From Kiritimatiellia bacterium (GTDB taxonomy: Bacteria; Verrucomicrobiota; Kiritimatiellia; RFP12; UBA1067): 64,000 nucleotides of DNA. The position numbers were made by a program, and so were the translations under genes. The notes beneath the pieces are model-generated. The model saw nothing but the letters and a program-made list of their open reading frames with translations, was not told the origin of the DNA and did not search any database. Shown here in pieces: positions 38,137 to 47,225 of the stretch. Where the stretch lies: NCBI GenBank assembly GCA_017454745.1, contig JAFTCL010000029.1, forward strand, positions 23,968 through 87,967, written 5' to 3'. Positions within the stretch are counted from its first letter, which is position 1; every line of letters starts with the position of its first letter.

Positions 38137-39023
38137 TGAACACCAGCCGCCGTGGCTTCTGCGGACTCGGCCTTGCCGCTTCCGCCTACTTTGCAACACG
38201 TAGCGATCTTCTGGCCGAAGTCGCCAAGTGCCGTTCCGAATACAACGGCATTAAGGTCGGGTGCATCACCTATTCGTATCGCTCGTATGCGCCGGCGATT
38301 ACGCCGCAGGACATCATCCGCTACGCGACCGAGAGCGGACTCGGCACGCTGGAGCTGAAGGGCGAGACCATAGAGCCCTTCGTCGGAAAAGGCAAGGACT
38401 TCAGTCCCGCGAAGCTCAAGGAGCTGAGGCGGATGTTCGACGACGCGGGCATCGCTATCCACATTTGCAAGATGGGCGGTCCTGACGGCTACCGCGCGGA
38501 AATCGCACACGGGCTTGGCGCAACGTGCATCACGGGGGAGGTCCCGGATCCGACGAAGCCAGACGAACAGAAGCGCGTCGGCGAGCGCCTTGCGAAGGCG
38601 TGCGAGAAGTATGACCACTACTTCGCCTTCCACAACCACACCCAGATCGACGCGCTCACCTACGACGGCGAATGGTTTAAGGCGTCTGACCGCCTGAAGA
38701 TCAACTTCGACATTGGACACTACGTCGCGGCGATGACCGACGACGCGAAGCGCTTCATCTCGCCGCTTGATTTCGTGGAGAAGTACCACGACAGGGTATT
38801 CTCGATCCACCTCAAGGACAGGACGACCAAGGCGCATGGCGCGAAGAACCTGCCGTTCGGCACGGGCGACACCCCGCTCAAGGAGCTGTTCCCGTTTCTG
38901 CAGAAGAAGGGTTACCGTCCCTACTGTGACATCGAACTAGAATACCGCGTCCCGAAGGACTCCACCGCCGCCCGCGAGGTGGGGATATGCAACGCGTACT
39001 GCCGCGCCGCATGCGGATGCTAG
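38137..39023 (+). CDS. Sugar phosphate isomerase/epimerase (xylose-isomerase-like TIM barrel) with a Tat signal peptide.
   Basis: MNTSRRGFCGLGLAASAYFA twin-arginine motif. TIM-barrel AP-endonuclease-2-like segments (FAFHNH, IHLKD, DIELE). Confidence 0.65.
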
Positions 39024-39127
39024 TCTGTTCGCATTCCATTTTAGCTCTTGGATTTGTTCGAGGTTAACGCCGCTCACATCGCGAGTGGCGTGGTCACAGC
39101 CGTTTGTCCATTCCCTCCGGAAACGGG

Positions 39128-42100
39128 TCACTTCACGGATTCGACGGCACCGAACCGGATGGTTACCGGGCCGATCAAACCGGAATCGATTAACGGGTCG
39201 CCTTTGATCCAGTGCTTCCAGGTTGAGAACGCGCGCCGATGCGTGGGCGACTGACTGCCATGTTTCGACCACTCCGGCAACTGTTTAATCCGGTATTTAT
39301 CACTGTTCGCGAATATCCATTCGCAGTCGTCGGGGTGCAATATCTCGTCGCCTAGGAAGCGGTTGGGCCAGAGATTGGTCACTTCCACCTCCAGATCGAA
39401 CGATTCAGCCCCTGGTTCAATCGCATCAGTGACATCAACGGCGAACGGCGGTTTCCAGAGCGTTTTGATGGCTTTGCCGTTTATCTTGACTACCGCGAAA
39501 TCCCTCACCTCGCCCAAATCCACCGCGATGCGCATTTTTACCGCGTTTCCTGGCAAGGTAATCCGTTTGGAATATGCCGCCGTGCCGGAGTAGAATTTGA
39601 TGCTGGCGTCGGTATGGCGGTTCCATCGGACAAGCTGCGGGAATTCGGTCGATTCCGGCGCGCCGCGCCCGCTGACGAATTTTACCTTCCATGGCCCGGA
39701 GACCTCCATCGGCGGGAGTGTCGCGATTTCTTTATGCAACGTTTTACCGTTGCTGTATTCGCAATCGGCATTGACCGGGTTCCATGCCACGAGTGCGCCG
39801 TTTTTCCATTCCCAATCCGGCGCGTAATCGTCCGCCGCGGTATCGGGCAACCGCAATACCATGTGTTCCATGAAATCTTCCGTGCGTTGAACACCGTTCA
39901 CTGCATAGGTGAGACGCAAAAACTTCACATCTAAAAGGGCGGGATCATCGCCGAACAGTTCGTTGCGCACGGCAAACTCAAGTCGTCCGTTTTTGATCAG
40001 ACCCCTCACGGTTTCGGTTACCTCCTTGGCACCCGCGGCGAAATCCGCACCCTCTGACCCGCCGGCGGATTTTTTGTATGCGCCGTAAACGGCTTTGATC
40101 ACCTCAACCCGTGCGGCGGACCGGTTAAGGTTGAGATTGATCCGTGTCGATTCGGGGAAATCTTCCGTATGGGTTTCGCCGTCGATTTTATAAGTTACGC
40201 GGCAAGTCTTGACTTTCCCGTACGCGGGATCGCCTTTAAAGGTCTCGTTGCCCGATGTTAAGGAGATTTTTCCTCGGTGCATTGCGTCGCGTAGAATCTT
40301 GGTAACATCCGCTGCCCCCGGCAGGAAAACTTTGTTTTCAAGGGCTCCGTAACGGGCTTCGATGATGCTGCCAGTGATTCGGGTAGCAGAGGCCGGTTCG
40401 TCCTTTGTCTTAACTGTTGCGCGGGTTAGGTGTGCCGTCCCAGTCTCGGTCCGACGGAAAACGACAAAAGTTGATCCTTTCGGCGGCAGATCGATGCTGA
40501 CAACGGTTCGACCGTTCTCGATGCGCCACACCGCCGCGTCGGTGCGCTCGCCGGTCTCGGCGTTCCACAGTTCCGGCACGCGACCGTTCTGCCGGAACGA
40601 CGCTTCAAATCGCAGCGGGTCTGCATTGCCCGCCGAAACGAAATAGATGTCGGCGTCAGCGCTGGCCCGGTGAATCCACGCCACCGGCGCGCCCAGCGAC
40701 TGATGGTCGAAGTCTGGCGTTAGCCCGATTTGTTTTAGCGCGTTGGCGGTCGTTCCGGAAATAACACCTTTTGCCCAGATCCGGTCGGCCAGCGCGGCAA
40801 CTTTCGTGTCAGCTTCCGGCCAACCGACCAAACCGGAATGGCGGTTGGGTTTTCTAATCGCGCAGACCTTCGCCCCTTGGTCGATCAATTCGCCAATGCG
40901 GATTAGCGCCGCCTCGCTCATGGTGGCGGTGTTCGGCAGTGCCAGCAGCGCGTACTCCGTTCCTCCGGGTACCGCCACCTTCCCGTTTTTGACGGTAAGG
41001 CGCATCAGGGCGCGGGTGGAGGCGATGTCCCAGTCGTAACCGGACGGCACGCCTACGCCCCACCACGAATTTTCATTCGGCACCTGCTCGCCGGTCCACT
41101 GCAGGACATCCGCTTGGAAGACACCCTGCTGCAACATCCATTGGCAACGCGCCTGGTAGGTTAGCCAAGTATCGACATGCCGCCACCAGGTTTGTTTGCG
41201 GTCAAAGTGCATTCCCCAACGGCCCATCGTCATGCCGGGCGCGAAATCGTCTCCCGGCCAAGGTTGGTGGGTGAAGCGGTGGTAGATGATGCGGTTTATG
41301 CCTTGGGCGAAGGCTTGGTCGCCGAGCCATTTGATTTTCCACGGGGTTTCGAGCCAGCGGCTGTGGTCTGGAAACGGGCTGCCGGTGAACGATTCGGTGC
41401 CGGCGTATTTGCGTCCCCAGACGTGCGCCAGACTGGCGGCGAGCTTGGCGTTGCCGGGATCTCCCATGTGGCTCCAGAACTCGCCCATCGGGATGTCCAC
41501 CGCCTCGCCGTAATCGAGATCGTCGCAGGTGCAGTTGCCGTAAGGCTCTATGGAAAGCTGAAGCCCGTGCCGGTGGCACAGCTCCGCCATCCGCCCGGAG
41601 TAGTTCTTCGCGAACAGTTCGCCGATAAGCCGGCGGAAGTCCTCCAGAAAACGTTCGCTCTCCTCGACCGATCCAACCACGCGGCCCGCGAAAACCGGCA
41701 GGTACTTCAGCAGCGAGTAGCCGAAACGGCGTTCGAACGCCTGGTCGAAACCTTGCGTCCAGTTTTGGCACTGCACCTCGTAGCTGTCCACCAGAATGTT
41801 GTTGAAACCGAGCGCGTTGTCGGTCGCAGAAGAAACGCCGAGATCGCGGCAGAGCCGCGAAACGTACTGCTCGAAATGGAAATCCAACGCCGGGGCGGAG
41901 AGCTTGTCCACCTCCAGACCGCGTCCGAAATCCGAGGCCGGGCCGTTGCACTGACCATTGCAGCGGTAGCCGATGCGCAGGATCGTCCACTCTCCGGCGG
42001 GTACGTTCCAGTTCAGCGAACCGTCCTTACGCATGGACTTGGTGAGGTCAATCTCTTTGGCCGCATCGACCAGTTGGTCGGCGGGATATGTCTTTTTTGA

Positions 42101-42703
42101 GGTGGGGTCGAAGAAATTTTGGTCGCGGTTGTGCATGAGACCGGCGATCTGGCGCCAGCGGAAGATTTTCTTTTCGAGGTTTTCGAGTTTCGCTCCCGCT
42201 TTGGGCGTGGGGTAGGCCAACACCGCAATGTCCTCGTAGAAGCCGTGGTCATCCTTGGTCCGCGGCAGTTTGCCGTCAAACACGGACGGCCCCTTAACCG
42301 CAGTTTCGGTGAAAACCACGTTTTTCATGGCATTTTCCGGTTTGTTCCACGGTCCGCCGTAACTTGACCAGCCGGAGCAGTTCGGGATACATATTTCAAG
42401 TCCGAGCCGTTTGGCCTCTTTCTGGGCGTGGCGGAAGAGGTCGAACCACTCGTCGGAGTTGAATTTGACCGGTCCGGGCGGCACGTTGCACCCGGCATCA
42501 AACATCTGCACGCCACCGATGCCGGCCTTGGCCAGCGCCTCGAAGTCGGCGGTGATGCCGGCCTTGGTGACGTTGCCGTTCATCATGTGGTACCAAGTGT
42601 GCGGTTTCGCCTCGTGCGGCGGGGTCGAAAATCCCTCTTCAAGCGTTTGCGCCGTTGCGCCGGCAGCCACCAATACCAATGTCATGGCAATCATTTTGTT
42701 CAT
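39128..42703 (-). CDS. Large secreted glycoside hydrolase, probably GH106-like alpha-L-rhamnosidase, with a C-terminal galactose-binding-like domain.
   Basis: Signal peptide MNKMIAMTLVLVAAGATAQT. N-terminal PHTWYHMMNGNVTKAGITADFEALAKAGIGGVQMFD block reminiscent of Glyco_hydro_106. C-terminal sugar-binding-like domain. The family assignment is tentative. Confidence 0.45.
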   Translation of the reverse strand: MNKMIAMTLVLVAAGATAQTLEEGFSTPPHEAKPHTWYHMMNGNVTKAGITADFEALAKAGIGGVQMFDAGCNVPPGPVKFNSDEWFDLFRHAQKEAKRLGLEICIPNCSGWSSYGGPWNKPENAMKNVVFTETAVKGPSVFDGKLPRTKDDHGFYEDIAVLAYPTPKAGAKLENLEKKIFRWRQIAGLMHNRDQNFFDPTSKKTYPADQLVDAAKEIDLTKSMRKDGSLNWNVPAGEWTILRIGYRCNGQCNGPASDFGRGLEVDKLSAPALDFHFEQYVSRLCRDLGVSSATDNALGFNNILVDSYEVQCQNWTQGFDQAFERRFGYSLLKYLPVFAGRVVGSVEESERFLEDFRRLIGELFAKNYSGRMAELCHRHGLQLSIEPYGNCTCDDLDYGEAVDIPMGEFWSHMGDPGNAKLAASLAHVWGRKYAGTESFTGSPFPDHSRWLETPWKIKWLGDQAFAQGINRIIYHRFTHQPWPGDDFAPGMTMGRWGMHFDRKQTWWRHVDTWLTYQARCQWMLQQGVFQADVLQWTGEQVPNENSWWGVGVPSGYDWDIASTRALMRLTVKNGKVAVPGGTEYALLALPNTATMSEAALIRIGELIDQGAKVCAIRKPNRHSGLVGWPEADTKVAALADRIWAKGVISGTTANALKQIGLTPDFDHQSLGAPVAWIHRASADADIYFVSAGNADPLRFEASFRQNGRVPELWNAETGERTDAAVWRIENGRTVVSIDLPPKGSTFVVFRRTETGTAHLTRATVKTKDEPASATRITGSIIEARYGALENKVFLPGAADVTKILRDAMHRGKISLTSGNETFKGDPAYGKVKTCRVTYKIDGETHTEDFPESTRINLNLNRSAARVEVIKAVYGAYKKSAGGSEGADFAAGAKEVTETVRGLIKNGRLEFAVRNELFGDDPALLDVKFLRLTYAVNGVQRTEDFMEHMVLRLPDTAADDYAPDWEWKNGALVAWNPVNADCEYSNGKTLHKEIATLPPMEVSGPWKVKFVSGRGAPESTEFPQLVRWNRHTDASIKFYSGTAAYSKRITLPGNAVKMRIAVDLGEVRDFAVVKINGKAIKTLWKPPFAVDVTDAIEPGAESFDLEVEVTNLWPNRFLGDEILHPDDCEWIFANSDKYRIKQLPEWSKHGSQSPTHRRAFSTWKHWIKGDPLIDSGLIGPVTIRFGAVESVK

Positions 42704-42739
42704 GGTAACAAATCCTTTTTTTACACAGTAGACAATTAC

Positions 42740-44179
42740 TCAGTACGATCCAAGTAGTTTCGCAAACGGAATTATTGCGTCGAAATACCCGTCGGCCTCC
42801 ACAATCGGGGCGAGATGCCCTTCATACACGAGTGCGGTGCGCACGGAGATACCGGCGCGGCGAGGAAGCCGTTTCGTTTTCTCCACCATTTCATCGATCA
42901 CTTCGCGTCCAATATCCCTGCGGCGCTTAATCTCGACAATACACATCGATCTTCTAGTCTGTATGAGCAGGTCGATCTGCACACCACTCTTGGAACCGTC
43001 ACGTGATGCCGCGCGTCTGTAAGGTGCGGCGGAGATAATCTGCGCATTGCCCATCCCAAGCATACTTACGAGGCCGCCGAGGTTCGCCAGCACTAAGTTC
43101 TCAAACTGAAGACCCATTGTGGAATCCCAGCCGTCGAGACTGTCGAGCGAACCGAAGGCGAAAGCATTGCGGTCGATGACGTCTTTCACCGGTTCAATGT
43201 ACTTGAGGTAGAACCGCGAGTAGTTGTCGTTAAGCCTGTAGCGCGACTCCCTGACATTCCTTCCGCTCTGCGGATTCACGCCGCCGTCGTTGACGACAAG
43301 CCCGCACTCTGCAAGTTGCTCTAGAGAATCGGAAATGCGCCCGCCTCGTTCCATCCCAATTTCTCGGGCGATTTCGCTTACGCTACGCGGTGCACCCTTG
43401 AGGCATCGGAGAACAGATGCCGTAAACTGCGGTTGCCGCGTTACGACATCCGAGAACATTTCATCGAAATCCTCCCGTAGCGGACTCTTTGGGAGGAAAC
43501 ACAGCCTTCGAATGTTCTCATTCGCCGATTCGGACGTATCAATCTCCTCAAGGTAGCGGGGAATTCCGCCCGTCACTGAAAGCACGTCGATAATTTCTCT
43601 AGGATCAAGCCTTGCCGCAGCCTTTCCCCAGAACTTTGCACATTCGCACACGGGAAGTTCGGGAACCACGATGTCGAGCGAACGCCTGCCGTAGAAACTC
43701 CCGTCCTCAAGTATGTTGTCCCTTATCCATGACGAAACACTTCCGCATAACACGAACACGAGCCTTGGATGCTTCTTGAAATGGTCATCCCATACTCCCT
43801 TCAGCGTACCGGCGAACAAGGGATCGTAATGCGCCATCCACGATATTTCGTCGAGAAGGACAACCGTCTTTTCGTTGTCGCGGATCTGCCCGTTCAGTCG
43901 AAGGAATGCGTTGAGCCAGTTGTTCGGAACGGAGGAGTCGCATCTGGTCTGGGCGGCAAGCTTCACCGCAAAGTTCTCAAGCTCCATGCTATTGTTTAAC
44001 TTCGCTCTAGGTTTTATCCCCTCGATCTTGATGAATCGTGCACCTGCTCTTTCGGCAAATTTCTCGATCAGGGTCGATTTGCCCACCCTTCGCCTTCCTC
44101 TGCAGGTGACGAACGAGGAAGTCCTCTTCCTAAAAAGGGAATCCAACCGTCCAATGAGTTCTTCGCGTCCAAAAAACAT
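42740..44179 (-). CDS. AAA-family ATP-binding protein of the DUF234/archaeal-ATPase type.
   Basis: FFGREELIGRLDS...VTCRGRRRVGKSTLIEKF Walker A. Walker B VVLLDEISW. C-terminal DUF234-like region. Local GC about 50% against about 62% in the flanks. Confidence 0.7.
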   Translation of the reverse strand: MFFGREELIGRLDSLFRKRTSSFVTCRGRRRVGKSTLIEKFAERAGARFIKIEGIKPRAKLNNSMELENFAVKLAAQTRCDSSVPNNWLNAFLRLNGQIRDNEKTVVLLDEISWMAHYDPLFAGTLKGVWDDHFKKHPRLVFVLCGSVSSWIRDNILEDGSFYGRRSLDIVVPELPVCECAKFWGKAAARLDPREIIDVLSVTGGIPRYLEEIDTSESANENIRRLCFLPKSPLREDFDEMFSDVVTRQPQFTASVLRCLKGAPRSVSEIAREIGMERGGRISDSLEQLAECGLVVNDGGVNPQSGRNVRESRYRLNDNYSRFYLKYIEPVKDVIDRNAFAFGSLDSLDGWDSTMGLQFENLVLANLGGLVSMLGMGNAQIISAAPYRRAASRDGSKSGVQIDLLIQTRRSMCIVEIKRRRDIGREVIDEMVEKTKRLPRRAGISVRTALVYEGHLAPIVEADGYFDAIIPFAKLLGSY

Positions 44180-44249
44180 TTCAAAACCTCATAAGTGATT
44201 CTTGGTTGAAAAATTTATCATAATCTTTCCGATTCTGTCAATAACACTT

Positions 44250-44339
44250 TGTCACATTATTTAATTTTTCTCAATAATGTGACAAAAATTACACTGCAAA
44301 AATCTGTCACATTATTGAGTTATACCTAATAATGTGACA
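44250..44339. promoter_or_regulatory. Two copies of a 12-bp inverted repeat with an 11-bp spacer (operator-like) in the AT-rich region upstream of the ATPase gene.
   Basis: TGTCACATTATT (44250-44261), 11 nt, AATAATGTGACA (44273-44284). Then TGTCACATTATT (44305-44316), 11 nt, AATAATGTGACA (44328-44339). Arms are perfect and identical in both copies. Confidence 0.6.
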
Positions 44340-44975
44340 TTTCTGATCTTACCCCGCCCACGATCGTTTACGGGAAGGTCCGTTTGTCCGTTCGCGTCAA
44401 GCAAGCCGAGAGGCGCCATTTCTGTGATACATCCCTCGCATATGCGCTCATAAAGCTCATTTCGGAGCCTGCACCCCAAAGGCGGCGGACGGGAGATCGG
44501 GTGTTTGAGTGCGAGTCACCATCGGGGAATGCAGTTTGGCGAACTTTCCTCTTGATGGAGGTTACTGGAATATGGTATATTTTAATTACCGTAATTGAGG
44601 GGAGTCTCAATCGCGGATGCTCTTTAACTTCGGTGGGTGCAGCAGATGGCCCACCACCGGGCCGAAACCTGTGTCGCGACGGTGTTTCGCTGTAGCGAAT
44701 AGGCCAAGGCCAAGAACCTCGGTTAACTTGCAATTGTAGAACGGACGGCTTGCCAGTTTCCGAATAGATTGTGATATGCCGGGGAGCCAGTGATCCCAAA
44801 AGGGCTCTGGAATCTTCTCCTTTGCTACGCAAGTGGCTAAGGAGGTAACGTACGCAACTGCGTAAAGTAACTTCGTAGAAAAGACCGCTAATCTTACGAT
44901 GGGGTGAAATACGGTGGTGCGTCGCGTGATGTTCACGCGGCGTGCTTTCCTATTCATGTTCCATCAAAGGCTTTT

Positions 44976-45029
44976 AGCGGCGCCTTCTACGAGACTTGAA
45001 TTTCGAGAGTGCGCCGCTCTTCTTTTTTT
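44976..45029 (+). terminator. Rho-independent terminator on the + strand.
   Basis: AGCGGCGC stem, loop, GCGCCGCT, followed by CTTCTTTTTTT. Confidence 0.65.
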
Positions 45030-45034
45030 GCTGA

Positions 45035-45067
45035 GGACACATTCTCAACACTGACGGAATTGTGTCC
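45035..45067. promoter_or_regulatory. 7-bp inverted repeat GGACACA-N19-TGTGTCC between the terminator and the first secreted-protein gene.
   Basis: Read directly from the sequence. About 50 nt upstream of the ATG at 45117; RBS-like AAGGGA at -12. Confidence 0.3.
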
Positions 45068-45116
45068 CCTACTTTTCCTGATGTGAACAAAACGCAAGGG
45101 GAAAGGGATTAAATAG

Positions 45117-46193
45117 ATGAGAAGGTTGTTGATCATGGCACTTGTTGTTGCATGTGCTGTTGGATACGCCATAGGTGCCGATGGCGAGGAGGACGCTCCT
45201 TCGGGAACGCAGAAGGTGATGCTTAAGATTGCGACCGTGGAAACGCCAGATACCCGTACCGCGAAGACATGGAATCCACCGGCCACACCGATGACCCTTC
45301 AGGAGCTACCACATACCGAGGCGGATATCGCCAATGCAACGCCGGAGGAAGCTAGGCAGATGGCAAAGGAGAACCGCGTCAAAAAACTGGCTAACCAGGG
45401 GATTCAGGCCGCCATCGCAACGGATGCCTATTTGAAGGCCCAACAGCACTTCGAGGGTGTAAGGAAAAAACTTGAGGGAACCGTGTTTGGCAAGCAGGTA
45501 ATTCTCGCTGTCGATAAGTTTGCCGGAATAGCCGGTGAATGTTTCGATCCTGATTGCATTGAGTTCTTCCACCGTATGGACAATGACGAGGGCGACAAGG
45601 AGCAGTTCTTACAGGATATGAAGAGTACGGATACGCTTTGCGCACCGTATTTCATAAAGCTCATCTTCGACAATCCTCGCCATGAATCTGGAAAAGTCGT
45701 TATGAACGGGCAGGAGATTAAGCGCTCGAAGACAACCATCACCATCACATATCAGGTACAGGCGCTTAATGGCCGTATGATCACGTCAGGCATGGTGAAG
45801 GAAGAGAAAATGACCAAGACATCCAATGCCGTACAGCGGTCAGGAACAGATGAAGGTGTTCTCATAGACACTATTGAGGAAGCGCTTCGAAAAGTGGCCA
45901 AGCGCATCAATGATCATTTCGTCGCGAAAGTTACGATTAAGGCCGTTTCGGCTGGCGGCAAGAAGGATGAGGATTTCGATGCCGAAGCCGCAACCGTTGA
46001 GCTTGACGGTGAATCTGCGGAGATTGACACCGAGATATCCATCATGAAAGGCAAGCACACCATCGTTATCGATCTTGATGAGTACAAGCAAAGAGGGTCC
46101 ACGTCTTTCAATATCAGAAAGTCTGGTCCGATCAAGATTGTTCTCAAAAAGAAGGAAGCTCCGCCGAAGAAGGAAGCCAAGGATGACGAGTAA
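45117..46193 (+). CDS. Secreted hypothetical protein (island gene A), distantly CsgG/LpoB-like.
   Basis: Signal peptide MRRLLIMALVVACAVGYAIGA. No known catalytic motif. GC about 50%. Confidence 0.55.
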   Translation: MRRLLIMALVVACAVGYAIGADGEEDAPSGTQKVMLKIATVETPDTRTAKTWNPPATPMTLQELPHTEADIANATPEEARQMAKENRVKKLANQGIQAAIATDAYLKAQQHFEGVRKKLEGTVFGKQVILAVDKFAGIAGECFDPDCIEFFHRMDNDEGDKEQFLQDMKSTDTLCAPYFIKLIFDNPRHESGKVVMNGQEIKRSKTTITITYQVQALNGRMITSGMVKEEKMTKTSNAVQRSGTDEGVLIDTIEEALRKVAKRINDHFVAKVTIKAVSAGGKKDEDFDAEAATVELDGESAEIDTEISIMKGKHTIVIDLDEYKQRGSTSFNIRKSGPIKIVLKKKEAPPKKEAKDDE

Positions 46194-46230
46194 TGTGTTT
46201 GTAAACTTCACACACCAGAAAGGATTGATC

Positions 46231-47217
46231 ATGAATAAGAGTATGTTTGCAGCAGTTGTCGTAGTCGCGTTGTCGTTTACGGGTTGTGTTTCGTACAAAG
46301 GTATCGCCGAGAAGGGAGACGATTTAGTGGATGAGGCCAACCAGCCTTATGCCAGCGCGGCGCAAACGGCATTTGAGGCGCGTGTGAAAGCGCCGCCGCG
46401 TCCGGTAGTAATCAATGAGGCTCCAGGTTTGAACCAGTTTCTTGCACCGACGGCTGCCGGGCATCCGCTTTGCCGGAATCTTGACGTTCGGAAGGAACTT
46501 GTATTGGCATTCAAGGGGCAACTTCGCGAAAAAGTCGCTGGAATCAAGGATTTCAAGCTTCTTGATGAGAATACGCCCATGGTGGAGGTCGTGGCCGAAG
46601 GAGATGCCGCTCCGCCCCAGAACTACTTGATGACTTACAACATCATCAGCATCGAATTGCGCGAAAACGCGGGAGGCAGTCTTGCTACTGGACTTGCAGG
46701 CGGAAAAGTTGCTGCCCAGAAATTCTGGGACGCGATTGCGAAGGTCGAGGTTCGCCTGTTCAAGCCAAACGGCACCGACTGTATTTTCTCATTTACTGGT
46801 GACGGCCTCTACAGAAAGATGGTTGACGAGAATAATCCATTGACGAAAGATTTGCTTCTTGGAGCAGTAAAAGATGCCGTCGATAAAGCGATGGCCGGGT
46901 ACGCGGAAAAGTTTGGCCCGCCAATCTTTGTTACTGACACCTGCCAGAACGGCCGGTTTGCCCGTCTTTCTGTTGGGTCAAAGTTCGGTGTTCAGGCTGC
47001 GCAGAAAGTGGAGTTCTTTTTCAATAAGGTGCGCAAGGGCGTGTCTGGCGAGGACGAGGTGGCTCGTCAGGTCGTGGGGTCTGGAGTTATCGGCGGAGGT
47101 AAGGCTCCTGTCGAGGATGACGGTGCTTGGGTGAAGGTTGATGACTATAATGCGGATAAGCGTACGGTACTCCGTTGGACATCCGCTCGAATCCTGCCTG
47201 TTGAGAAGAAGAAGTGA
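46231..47217 (+). CDS. Lipoprotein with a CsgG/LpoB-like fold (island gene B).
   Basis: Lipobox ALSFTGC. CsgG-family-like pattern LDVRKELVLAFKGQLREKVAGIKDFKLLDEN and NYLMTYNIISIELRE. RBS AGGA 8 nt upstream. Confidence 0.55.
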   Translation: MNKSMFAAVVVVALSFTGCVSYKGIAEKGDDLVDEANQPYASAAQTAFEARVKAPPRPVVINEAPGLNQFLAPTAAGHPLCRNLDVRKELVLAFKGQLREKVAGIKDFKLLDENTPMVEVVAEGDAAPPQNYLMTYNIISIELRENAGGSLATGLAGGKVAAQKFWDAIAKVEVRLFKPNGTDCIFSFTGDGLYRKMVDENNPLTKDLLLGAVKDAVDKAMAGYAEKFGPPIFVTDTCQNGRFARLSVGSKFGVQAAQKVEFFFNKVRKGVSGEDEVARQVVGSGVIGGGKAPVEDDGAWVKVDDYNADKRTVLRWTSARILPVEKKK

Positions 47218-47225
47218 GGTGCATT

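Noticed and set aside
44340-44990. Apparent RNase P RNA-like blocks (GGAAGGTCCG, GGGGTGAAATACGGTGGTGCG, GAGCCAGTGA, AGAACGGACGGCTTG).
   Set aside because: The order of the blocks along the sequence is incompatible with the RNase P RNA CR-I to CR-V order, and the P4 pairing does not form. I kept the region only as an unspecified possible ncRNA.
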